This document shows positions 11,796-21,282 of a DNA stretch of 64,000 nt, one piece after another. Source of the stretch: a virus; IMG/VR virus record IMGVR_UViG_3300029319_000010, positions 1-64,000 of that record. One strand, given 5' to 3'. A program made the translations under genes and the position numbers. Every line of letters begins with the position of its first letter. Position 1 is the first letter of the stretch. The notes beneath the pieces were generated by a model. That model saw only the letters and a program-made list of their open reading frames with translations. It ran no database searches and had not been told where the DNA came from.

Positions 11796-11797
11796 AA

Positions 11798-14650
11798 TTA
11801 TAATATTTCTATATCTGCTCCTGCAGCAATTAAAGCTTTATATGTATTAATGTCTATCTCTGCTTCTCCCCCTGTTCCAAAAAATGTTCCACCATATAAT
11901 GCTTTACCTTCCTGAGTTTGAGGTGTATATTCTTCATCATCCCTTTGTGATTGTGGGACATATTCTTTTTGCTCTCTTTGTGATTGTGGTATATATTCTG
12001 TAGCATCAGTTTCTACATTACCTTCACTAGTATCTTGATTTGAAATATTAGATAAATTTGCTTGTGTTGTACCACGTTCTATTATAGGTATAGTGTTAGA
12101 TGGCATATTAGGTGTAACTGATGTTACTTTTCTAGGTTGCAAAGTTGTTGAAGGTGGTGCTGCATCAGTTAATACTACCTCATCAAGCATAACACTTTCA
12201 ACTGGAGGTCTTTGACCAGTTAATGTAATCTCATCTAACATAAAAGGAGTAGCTGTTGATCTAGTTGGAGATTGTTCATTAGTAGGTGTAAATATATTTA
12301 TATCTTCTTCCTCTTCTGGTTCTTCTTCTATTTCTTTAAGTCTAAGATTTTTAAAATACTCATCCGCTTCTGCTCTTTCTTCTTTTTTAATATTATAAGC
12401 TTCTCTAGAAACCATTCTATTAAAGTCTCTTTCATTTTCAGCATCTATAGCTTCTTGATCTAAATTAGGATATCTTGATACATTTACTCTATCAGATAAA
12501 GCTAATAAAGATTCTATCATGTCTGCATCATAATTTCCATATACAGTATTCCATGGTCCTCGTCCAGGTAGATCATCTTTATATCCAAATCCTGAACCTA
12601 AAAATTTATATTTTTCTTTCTTCTCATCATCAAAAGATTGGTATCTATTATACTTATCTATATTATAATCAATAGCTGCTGGTCCTCTATAACCTTCTAA
12701 AAATCTATAATACCCTTCAACTACATTAGGATCTAAATTTCCACTGGCTACCTGTCCCTTCATATACCTTGCCATTTCATCATCTACAATAATTCTACCA
12801 AAACCTTCATTAGGTGTTTTTAACCAATCAGGTAATTCAGAAATAGCTGGATTATAACCAACAGTTCTATTCTCATCTTTATAAGCCATAGTATCTAAAT
12901 ACTGATCAGAATAATCATCTCCAAAGGATCTATTATTGCCTACATTGTATTGGTTAAGAACTTGATTTTGTTCATCAGCAGTTAAGTCATCAAAACCAGG
13001 ATATCTATTTGCAACAAACTCTGTCCCTATATCTGCCTGTGGTAATTCTACACCATATCTACCAAGCCTACTAATAACTTTGTCATCAGGTCTAAATATA
13101 CCTGTATTTGGATCATAATCACCTTTAGAGCCTGAAAGATCTGCATCTGTAGGCATAAACACATTATCTGATAAATAACCCAGTCCCATTCGTCTTCTTC
13201 TTTTTCTCTCTTGTCTTTGTCTTAAATATCTAGTTATAGGTTTTGCTATGTTTACTGCAGTTGTACCTATCTTGTCAAGTGTATTAAGAACCTTTTCTCC
13301 AAAGCCGCTTCTATTTGCTCTTCTAATAGCTCTTTTATCTTCTCTAGTCATTCTATCAAAATCCGCATCACCTTCTTCAGTACCTACAGTATATAATGCA
13401 TCACCATCTCTTTCTAATTCTATATCATCTGTTGTTCCATCAAACATATCATCTTCTGGATCTTCTTCTTCTGGCGGTGTATAGTATTCTATTTCTTCTT
13501 CTTCTTCCGGCTCCTCTTCTATTATAAATAACCCCTCATCATCTAAGTCTTCTGGATTAGCATTTTCAAAAGGATCATCATATATATCTTCATCTATTTC
13601 TAAATCTACATCTTCAAAAACATCATCAACTTCATCACCATCTTGATACATAGATAGTCCGCCTCCAAATCTTTCTTCAAGTAGCTCATCATCATCATAG
13701 CTAGAAAAATCTGATTCTATTCCTGCATTTTCAGCTACAATATCAAATCTAGGATTACCATAAAAAGCAGCCATATCATAGGGTGCTGGTGGTTGTAATT
13801 CAAAATCTGTATCTACTGGAAATCTAAAATTAGAATCTAATGGAGCGCTTTCTATTTCTATAGGTTCTGTAATACCTTTAAGGGAGATAGGAAACTCTTG
13901 CATCTCTCCATCAACTTCTTTAAAATAAGAAATAGGTGTTCCGTCTTCATCATAATTTATATATTGAGCATCTGGATATTCAAACATCTCTAATCTATCA
14001 CCCAACTTCATTGTTTGTCTTTTCTTTTTAAAATCACGTTTTCCTGTTTTTCTATATTCTTCTAAATCTACTTTTTCTTTTTGATATAGTTCAGGATACA
14101 TTTCAGCTCTGTAATCTAACTCTCTTTGTATTAGCCACTCATCATACTCATCTGGAGTTTGAAAAAATTTAGTAGGGCTGTTAGGATACTTTTCTTGTAA
14201 TTCTGCGTTTATAATAAACTTACCTGTTGGATCAACTGGATAAGGAGGTCTTTGCTTAGATAAATCTTTTTCTTTCCAATATTGAACAGAGTCATATATA
14301 GCACCAGCAAGATCTAAAAAAGGATTATCACCCATTCCTAAATAATAAGGGTTACCCATTGATTTAATTAAATTAAGATTTTGTTGATTTATTATAGGTC
14401 CTTGATTAAGTAACTCTTCTTCATCTCTTATTGTTTGATTAAAATTAACAGAGTCTATATCTTGATCAGGATTATTTCTATTAAATTGTACACTGCTAAT
14501 ATCAAAGTCATTAGAGTATTGTTCATAAGCCTCTTGTGCTTTTGCAATATCACTTTCACATAGCCCACCTCCTTTTTGTGTGCACCATTGATCAAAAGTT
14601 AATTTAACTTCCCCTTGATCTTGATATGTTTTTAAATAATTTTTATACAT
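11798..14650 (-). CDS. Acidic, partly low-complexity virion-associated protein (950 aa)
   Basis: ORF track; D/E-rich tracts, an Arg-rich patch (RQRQERKRRRR), recurrent YQDxG motifs. Confidence 0.5.
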   Translation of the reverse strand: MYKNYLKTYQDQGEVKLTFDQWCTQKGGGLCESDIAKAQEAYEQYSNDFDISSVQFNRNNPDQDIDSVNFNQTIRDEEELLNQGPIINQQNLNLIKSMGNPYYLGMGDNPFLDLAGAIYDSVQYWKEKDLSKQRPPYPVDPTGKFIINAELQEKYPNSPTKFFQTPDEYDEWLIQRELDYRAEMYPELYQKEKVDLEEYRKTGKRDFKKKRQTMKLGDRLEMFEYPDAQYINYDEDGTPISYFKEVDGEMQEFPISLKGITEPIEIESAPLDSNFRFPVDTDFELQPPAPYDMAAFYGNPRFDIVAENAGIESDFSSYDDDELLEERFGGGLSMYQDGDEVDDVFEDVDLEIDEDIYDDPFENANPEDLDDEGLFIIEEEPEEEEEIEYYTPPEEEDPEDDMFDGTTDDIELERDGDALYTVGTEEGDADFDRMTREDKRAIRRANRSGFGEKVLNTLDKIGTTAVNIAKPITRYLRQRQERKRRRRMGLGYLSDNVFMPTDADLSGSKGDYDPNTGIFRPDDKVISRLGRYGVELPQADIGTEFVANRYPGFDDLTADEQNQVLNQYNVGNNRSFGDDYSDQYLDTMAYKDENRTVGYNPAISELPDWLKTPNEGFGRIIVDDEMARYMKGQVASGNLDPNVVEGYYRFLEGYRGPAAIDYNIDKYNRYQSFDDEKKEKYKFLGSGFGYKDDLPGRGPWNTVYGNYDADMIESLLALSDRVNVSRYPNLDQEAIDAENERDFNRMVSREAYNIKKEERAEADEYFKNLRLKEIEEEPEEEEDINIFTPTNEQSPTRSTATPFMLDEITLTGQRPPVESVMLDEVVLTDAAPPSTTLQPRKVTSVTPNMPSNTIPIIERGTTQANLSNISNQDTSEGNVETDATEYIPQSQREQKEYVPQSQRDDEEYTPQTQEGKALYGGTFFGTGGEAEIDINTYKALIAAGADIEIL
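11911..11999 (-). repeat. Three degenerate 33-nt coding tandem repeats (EYxPQ[ST]Q)
   Basis: Protein reads EYIPQSQREQK-EYVPQSQRDDE-EYTPQTQE. Confidence 0.8.
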
Positions 14651-14706
14651 GTTGAAATACGCAGTTTACTATAATAATATACTAAATAATATTGACAATC
14701 ACTAAA

Positions 14707-17700
14707 TTATATTCTTGCTAATGATTGTAAGTAGCTTAACACATTACCACCTGTTTTTTTTGTTTGCAGATGATACATCTTATTTAGCTTTTTAAAAATT
14801 TGATTTGCCCTGTTTTGTTTTGGTCCATTATCAAAAGAACCTTTTATATAATCTTCATAAAATTTTATTTGTTGATTTAAATTTAAATTTAACTGTCCTC
14901 CCTTTTTATAGTTAACATCATCTAAATTATATTCAAAATTAAATCTAATACCTTTTAAATTTAATTTTTTATTAGGTTTATTAGCTAATCCTAATTTATA
15001 TAATTCTTTTAAAACTGTAGGTGATATTTTTTCACCTTCTAAATTTTTCTTATAGTCTTTAAATAATCTACTATACTTTCTTACTGAACCACCTTTTCTT
15101 CTATAAGCATTTATATATTTTTGAACACTTTTTTTACCCTCTAATGTTTTTACTTTATCTTCAAATTTATCATCATTACGTAAAACTAACATGTTTACAT
15201 AATCCCTAGTTTCTTTAGGTAAATCATTAACCCAAGACATATCATCACTATAGATATCTACACCCGCATTTTTCTTTTCATTTAAAAAGTTGTTAAGTTT
15301 AGTAGAACCCCAATTATATGCTGCTAATGTTTTAGCTAGTCTTACATTTTGATCTTGATTACCTTTATTAATCCATGGTCTATTATATAAATCATTCATA
15401 TACCACTTTTGAACAGCCATAGCATCTCTATAATCTGTTAAATCTACATCTTTGTCTCCTGTAGCATTTATATAATCTGTTAAAGTATCTGGCATTATTT
15501 GTGTTAAACCTTTAGCTCCTGCAGGAGAAATAGCATTAGGATCTAATGCAGACTCTGCCATAGCTTGTAATAATAATATATCTTTTCCAACTTCTGTTGA
15601 GTCATCTCTATCTATACCAACTGGTAAACCATCATCATCTCCATCTTTAAATGTATCTTGTAATGTTATTGGTCCGTATGATTCACCTCCATCATCATAT
15701 CTTGGACCACCAGATTGCTGATCTAAAATAAAAGGACTGGCTATAGCAGGAGGTATAATTGCAGGTAACCTATTTAATTGTTGAGATAAAAAATTTATAT
15801 TGCTTGGATCCTTTGACATAAACTGTGGTATCCTAGGCATATAAGGAGGATTTCCTGTAACACTTGTTATATTAGGAGCTCCAGGGGTAGGAACATCAAT
15901 TGCATTTAAATACTTGGTAAGAATACTGGGTGTTATCTCATCATAAGTATTTTTAATAAATCCTCTTTGTAACATATCCCCTCTTAATTCAGCTAAGTAT
16001 GGCATGCCTTCTCCACTTGTTCCTATAGGGTTAGTTGAACTTATTCTTGTTGATGATAAATTTTTAGGATTAGGTTCTAACATCCTTGCAAAATAATTAT
16101 ATTGTTTTTCATTTCCACCAACTTTACCTAAGTTTCTTAACACATAATCTATTTGACGAGAACTCAAGTCATTTATATCCGTGTTATATAACGTCCTATC
16201 CATATTACTTGCTGGACCTGCTTTATAATTATAATTAGTTTTTAAACCTTTTTGTATAGCTCTATCTATATCTGTATTGTATACGGAAAATTTACCGGTA
16301 TATTCTGGATATATATCACTTAAATCTTTTTTAAGTTTTGTAGTAAGTGACTGTCTAATACTAGGATTATCAAAGTGTTTAGGATGTATTTTTCCTATAT
16401 TATATGGTAAATATTTAGTAATTCCTGCTCCAATAAAATGACCTATTTCATGGTCTGTAACAGGTATATTAGCTGTACTATGATAAGGTAAATTTTTATG
16501 TAAATATACTCTTGGTAAACCTGCTTGTATTGCACCAGGATTATTGCTTCTAAAAGGAGCATTAAAACCAAATGATCCATAGTCATCAGTCATATTTACT
16601 ACTCTCATTTGTGATGCATCAACTATCATGTCATCTATTACACCATTTACCAAACGTTCATATTGATTTACTTTACCCGCCTCAGTAACAGGTCTTTTAG
16701 TAAATAATTTACCAGGCCCTATAATTTCTTCATCAATTAAACCCCTCATTCTTAATCTAAATTCAGGTGTTAACATTCTTTGTTGTAAGTCAGTAACTCT
16801 TGAATTTGCTAGTTGTGAATAGTTATAACCCTGTTCCATATTTTCTCGCATCAACATCACTTCTTCTGCAGTAAATTCTTTACCAGATGGCCCTCCTTTA
16901 AGAACGCCTGGAGAGGTTGATGGTGTTGGATTTGTATTTTTTAATAAAGGAGAATACTTAAATTTATTAGCCATGTGTGCTACTTCAAGACCACCAAAAG
17001 TAATACCAAGTAAATCTAAACCTACATTAACTCCTGTACGTAATGAAGGATCTTCAACAAAATCTTTAACATCTCCAGGTAAACTATATCCACCGTATAA
17101 ACCACCTGCTATATTTATTCCACCTCCTACTGTTGTACCTGTATAAGGTATTGGTGTATTTAATAATGCACCAGTAGCTTGAATAATTGATGGTCCTGCT
17201 ACACCCGCTGTTGTTAAAACAGGTATAGCTTGAATACCATAATCTATTGCTTTAGTTGTTGCTTGTAATCCTTCAATACTACCATACAATGGATCTACTA
17301 CTGCATTAAAAACAGGATTTGTTAATTCTTGTCTTCTAAGATATGGTGTATTATAATTAGAACGTTCCCATTCAATACCCATAAAGTCTGTATCTTTACC
17401 AGTTTTATCTCTTAAATAGTCAGCATACTCAAGAACTGGATCCTTATCTATAAGCTCAACTGGATCTAATTCATAAAGTTGGTTATATAAATATCTATGA
17501 TCTCTTGATCCATAATCTGTGCTAATCATAGGAACTCCCTCTTCATTATAATAAGTTATAGGAAATTCTTTTTTACCTACTTTTACTACACCATCATCTT
17601 CAATAAATTGTCCTTGTGAATTAAACTGTCCTTTATCTTGATATGATGGTAGTTCTGCACCATATTTAGCATAAGTAACATTACCATCACCTTCATCCAT

Positions 17701-20700
17701 TGCAATCTCATTTAGATACTTAAATACATTTTCTTTAGTGTCATTTAATTTATTTTCATAATGATCATATAAATCATTTACTACCTTATCTTTTAAATCA
17801 ATATAATTTTGCTCAAAGTTTTTTAAATATTGTAATTCTTCTTCTGTAAGTTCTTGTCTATTAAATTGCCAATCATCTGGTTTATCTCCATAGTACTCAC
17901 TATTCTCTTTATGAAATCTAGAGTTCTTTTTAAGTATATCATTTATTTTTTTATGAGTTTCTTCTGTAAAAAAATTATTAAACTGTTTATTTATTTTTTC
18001 TTGTTGTTCTCTACTTGCATCTTTATATCCAGGTATATCCATTTCAAATGTCTCACGGAGTTTGTAGTTATCTGGATCATATTTACTTGAAAAATATCTA
18101 TGATTTTTACTAGCAAATAAACCCTCAAAACGGTCATCTCCAATCAAATCTATAGGTTTTTTATCTCTTACACTTCCATAATACTCTACATCTCTTGGAA
18201 ATAAAGGTTTACCTCCTATATTTTGTAATATACGTTTGCTTCTACCTGTAAAAGGAACTGTTATCCCTGAGATCTGGTCAAAATTACCTTCTTCATTATA
18301 GTAGCCATCTTCCCCATACCATGTTGCACCTGTTTCTAAATCATCTAAGGTAAACTTATCACTCAAAAAATCTTTTACATTTTTATTTTCAAATCTTTCC
18401 CTTCTTTTATATGTTCTTCTTTTATCCCCCTCTCTATCTAAATGTTCAGGTACTTGATATTTACTATCTATTTGTTTTAATATATTTTGACTTTCTAATA
18501 ATTGATTTCTAGGAGATATCTCATCACCAGAAAAGAAATCACTTTTATCAAAATCAGTGCCTTCTCCTTGAGGAAATTCTAAATTTACATAACCTTGATT
18601 TGCCCAAGGAGTATAATCTTCTAAAATTCCTGTTGGATTTAATATACCTAAATCATCTAAATATGTAGCTCCTTCATTTTGTACTCCTACTAAACGTAGT
18701 GGATCTTTTTCATAACTTATAAACCCTCCTGCACCTGTACCTGGATGAGCTAAAAAGTCTGGGTTATCTAAATTCTTTATAAGTTTTTTATAATTTTTTT
18801 CTGTAAAAGGTCCTTCATTAGGATCCCATATATTAAAATCTTTTAATGCTTTTTCAAACATAACTTTACCAGCTCCTATTTCTCCTATGTCTGATATATG
18901 AGGTAATTGTTCTTCAATAAAATTTTGATCATATTTACCTTGTTGATCAAATATATTTTTATAAAAATCTATTTCATTAGTTGGTGTTGTATATCCTTCT
19001 ACACCTCTCCATAATGGAGAGTGTGGACTATTATATAAATGACTTACCTCATGCTCTTTTATTATATCTGCATATGGATGTATTCCATCTTCACCATAGA
19101 GATATGAAAAAGATTCTGGCCCACCAGGAGCATAAAATCTTGCTAAAGCTTCAAACTCTCTTGGCCCTAATAAAGCTAAATCCTTAAAATCATATTCTCC
19201 AGTATCCTCATTTAATTCATATTCTACATGACCGCGGCTTTGATTTATTATATTTTTTAATAAATCAGGGTTCATCCTTGACAGATTATTTATACCTTCT
19301 TCTGTATAAAAATCATATGCATTTTCATCATTTACTGGTAAGTCATAATTAATAGGAGTTGCTATATCTGGAACTTGGCTTGTATATTCAATTTGTTCTG
19401 CAATTCTTCTATTCCATTCGTCTTCAGTCATATCATTCCCAGTAACATTTTTATATTGTTTAAAATATCTATCTTTAAATGCAGGAGAATTATATTTTTC
19501 AATTAAATTTTCTTTTTGTTTTGATATATCATAAAAATCATAATCAGGATAATATGTTTGTGTACGTTTAGGTTCAATTAATTCAACTTCCTCTAAATCT
19601 GTTACTTCACCTTGATCTTGATATGTTGGTAGTTCTTGAATAGAACCTCCATCTACCTTTTTCAAATATTTACTTAACCCTTTACTACCATAGTAAGCAC
19701 CTTTTAAAAGTTTAGGGATACCACCCATAAAACCTAAAGGAGCAGTTCCTCCCATAGGTGTAATATCACCATAATCTACACCTAGCATTAAATCACCATC
19801 TTCATTTCTTACATAACCTGCAATTCTTTCTGATTCAGATTTTTGTTCATCAGTAAGTTCCATGTTTGCACTAAATGCAGAAAAGTCTTCTTCATCTATC
19901 TCACCATCTGAATCTAATTCTTCACCAGTTTCAGCTATTGGTAATAGTTTTATTTTATGGGGATCATCAGGAACATTAGCTGGAGCTTTATACTTTTTAA
20001 GTTGTTCCATTTCCTCATCAACCTTTTTATTTGATCTACTGCCTATTTCACTTATAGGTGCACCTAAAATATTTGTTTCTATTATAGGTCTAATGTCTGG
20101 ACCAGCATGTGCACCTTCTTCCATTGTACCATGTGTATGATATAAAGCATCTTGATCACCTCCTGCTTCTATATAGTCCTTAGCATAATCTTTTAAATAG
20201 GCAGCTCTACCTCTTTCATTATGTTGAAATGTATGAGTGGCTTCATTTATAAAATCTAATAATAATTGATAATCACTACGCACTAAAGGTTCACCAGTTT
20301 CAGGATGTGTATTTTTAAGCATTATTGTAGGACGCTGTCCTAATGACCAATTATCAAAATAGTCTCTAGTACCCTCATATATATGTACTGCAGGACTATT
20401 TAATCTTGTATATTCATTTATAAAATTTTGTTTTATTTCATCAGTGAGTCTTCTATCATCTGAATTCATAATTCTATCTATAAATTGTTGTGTTTGCTCA
20501 TCATGTTTAGCTTCTCCTTTCTTTTCATTAAGATATCTTTCTCCCCGCCATATAAACATTTCTGAATCAGCATGATTTTTTTGAGCATTAGAAAATGCCT
20601 CATTTAAATTACCTCCCTCTACAGTTGGATACATTTTAGGAATTCCAAATTTATTAAAGTCACCTGAATAATTATAAGGATTTGTCCAAGCTGGCATAGC

Positions 20701-21282
20701 TGTATCCCAACTAGAATATACAGCATCAGCCGTGCCCTTTAAAAAATCTATAATACTAGTTTCGGTTCCATCCTGTGCTTCTTCTAATTCTTGTTGATCC
20801 TTTGTGCTATAAAATTTTTCATCTTGTTTATCATTAACCGGGTTAGTTCTTTTTCTTTCTAGTTGATAATCTCTAGCTGCTTGTACAATTTCTATTGGGT
20901 ATGCTTGAGGACTTGATAGTACTATCTGTAAAGCTTCTTGTACATCCATACCTTGTGATTCTGCAAACTTTTCAAATGGATGATTATCATATGCAGTATC
21001 CATAGTACCTCCTACTTGTGCTAATGGTATTTCTATAACTATATCTCCAGGAAATTGATAATTAAGATCAGGCATCATAATCTCACTATTACCAAAATTA
21101 TCTGTGCCCATAACAGGAAATGGAACGCCCTCCATAGTAATATTACTTGACTCAATAATATTAAAGTCATTATTAAAATCAGGACTACCTTCTTTATATC
21201 CTTCTACAGATATAGAGCCTTTTGAAGTTACCTCATTAGGTCCTCCTGGTAAACCACGTCTGTTATTAAATTTTATATTCAT
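14707..21282 (-). CDS. Multidomain cargo protein (2191 aa) with zincin-like HExxH motifs and a C-terminal SLT-type lytic transglycosylase
   Basis: SLT motifs AESALDPNAISPAGAKGLTQIMP and LAAYNWG (~15190-15580); HEIGH (16438-16452); HEVSH (19039-19053); degenerate NEATHTFQH (20233-20247). Confidence 0.8.
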   Translation of the reverse strand: MNIKFNNRRGLPGGPNEVTSKGSISVEGYKEGSPDFNNDFNIIESSNITMEGVPFPVMGTDNFGNSEIMMPDLNYQFPGDIVIEIPLAQVGGTMDTAYDNHPFEKFAESQGMDVQEALQIVLSSPQAYPIEIVQAARDYQLERKRTNPVNDKQDEKFYSTKDQQELEEAQDGTETSIIDFLKGTADAVYSSWDTAMPAWTNPYNYSGDFNKFGIPKMYPTVEGGNLNEAFSNAQKNHADSEMFIWRGERYLNEKKGEAKHDEQTQQFIDRIMNSDDRRLTDEIKQNFINEYTRLNSPAVHIYEGTRDYFDNWSLGQRPTIMLKNTHPETGEPLVRSDYQLLLDFINEATHTFQHNERGRAAYLKDYAKDYIEAGGDQDALYHTHGTMEEGAHAGPDIRPIIETNILGAPISEIGSRSNKKVDEEMEQLKKYKAPANVPDDPHKIKLLPIAETGEELDSDGEIDEEDFSAFSANMELTDEQKSESERIAGYVRNEDGDLMLGVDYGDITPMGGTAPLGFMGGIPKLLKGAYYGSKGLSKYLKKVDGGSIQELPTYQDQGEVTDLEEVELIEPKRTQTYYPDYDFYDISKQKENLIEKYNSPAFKDRYFKQYKNVTGNDMTEDEWNRRIAEQIEYTSQVPDIATPINYDLPVNDENAYDFYTEEGINNLSRMNPDLLKNIINQSRGHVEYELNEDTGEYDFKDLALLGPREFEALARFYAPGGPESFSYLYGEDGIHPYADIIKEHEVSHLYNSPHSPLWRGVEGYTTPTNEIDFYKNIFDQQGKYDQNFIEEQLPHISDIGEIGAGKVMFEKALKDFNIWDPNEGPFTEKNYKKLIKNLDNPDFLAHPGTGAGGFISYEKDPLRLVGVQNEGATYLDDLGILNPTGILEDYTPWANQGYVNLEFPQGEGTDFDKSDFFSGDEISPRNQLLESQNILKQIDSKYQVPEHLDREGDKRRTYKRRERFENKNVKDFLSDKFTLDDLETGATWYGEDGYYNEEGNFDQISGITVPFTGRSKRILQNIGGKPLFPRDVEYYGSVRDKKPIDLIGDDRFEGLFASKNHRYFSSKYDPDNYKLRETFEMDIPGYKDASREQQEKINKQFNNFFTEETHKKINDILKKNSRFHKENSEYYGDKPDDWQFNRQELTEEELQYLKNFEQNYIDLKDKVVNDLYDHYENKLNDTKENVFKYLNEIAMDEGDGNVTYAKYGAELPSYQDKGQFNSQGQFIEDDGVVKVGKKEFPITYYNEEGVPMISTDYGSRDHRYLYNQLYELDPVELIDKDPVLEYADYLRDKTGKDTDFMGIEWERSNYNTPYLRRQELTNPVFNAVVDPLYGSIEGLQATTKAIDYGIQAIPVLTTAGVAGPSIIQATGALLNTPIPYTGTTVGGGINIAGGLYGGYSLPGDVKDFVEDPSLRTGVNVGLDLLGITFGGLEVAHMANKFKYSPLLKNTNPTPSTSPGVLKGGPSGKEFTAEEVMLMRENMEQGYNYSQLANSRVTDLQQRMLTPEFRLRMRGLIDEEIIGPGKLFTKRPVTEAGKVNQYERLVNGVIDDMIVDASQMRVVNMTDDYGSFGFNAPFRSNNPGAIQAGLPRVYLHKNLPYHSTANIPVTDHEIGHFIGAGITKYLPYNIGKIHPKHFDNPSIRQSLTTKLKKDLSDIYPEYTGKFSVYNTDIDRAIQKGLKTNYNYKAGPASNMDRTLYNTDINDLSSRQIDYVLRNLGKVGGNEKQYNYFARMLEPNPKNLSSTRISSTNPIGTSGEGMPYLAELRGDMLQRGFIKNTYDEITPSILTKYLNAIDVPTPGAPNITSVTGNPPYMPRIPQFMSKDPSNINFLSQQLNRLPAIIPPAIASPFILDQQSGGPRYDDGGESYGPITLQDTFKDGDDDGLPVGIDRDDSTEVGKDILLLQAMAESALDPNAISPAGAKGLTQIMPDTLTDYINATGDKDVDLTDYRDAMAVQKWYMNDLYNRPWINKGNQDQNVRLAKTLAAYNWGSTKLNNFLNEKKNAGVDIYSDDMSWVNDLPKETRDYVNMLVLRNDDKFEDKVKTLEGKKSVQKYINAYRRKGGSVRKYSRLFKDYKKNLEGEKISPTVLKELYKLGLANKPNKKLNLKGIRFNFEYNLDDVNYKKGGQLNLNLNQQIKFYEDYIKGSFDNGPKQNRANQIFKKLNKMYHLQTKKTGGNVLSYLQSLARI

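Noticed and set aside
4666-21282. RNA polymerase catalytic subunit among the cargo genes
   Set aside because: Asp-rich strings such as NDFDIS, DMNNDGD and DGDDDG lack RNAP context; the RNAP probably lies beyond the left edge
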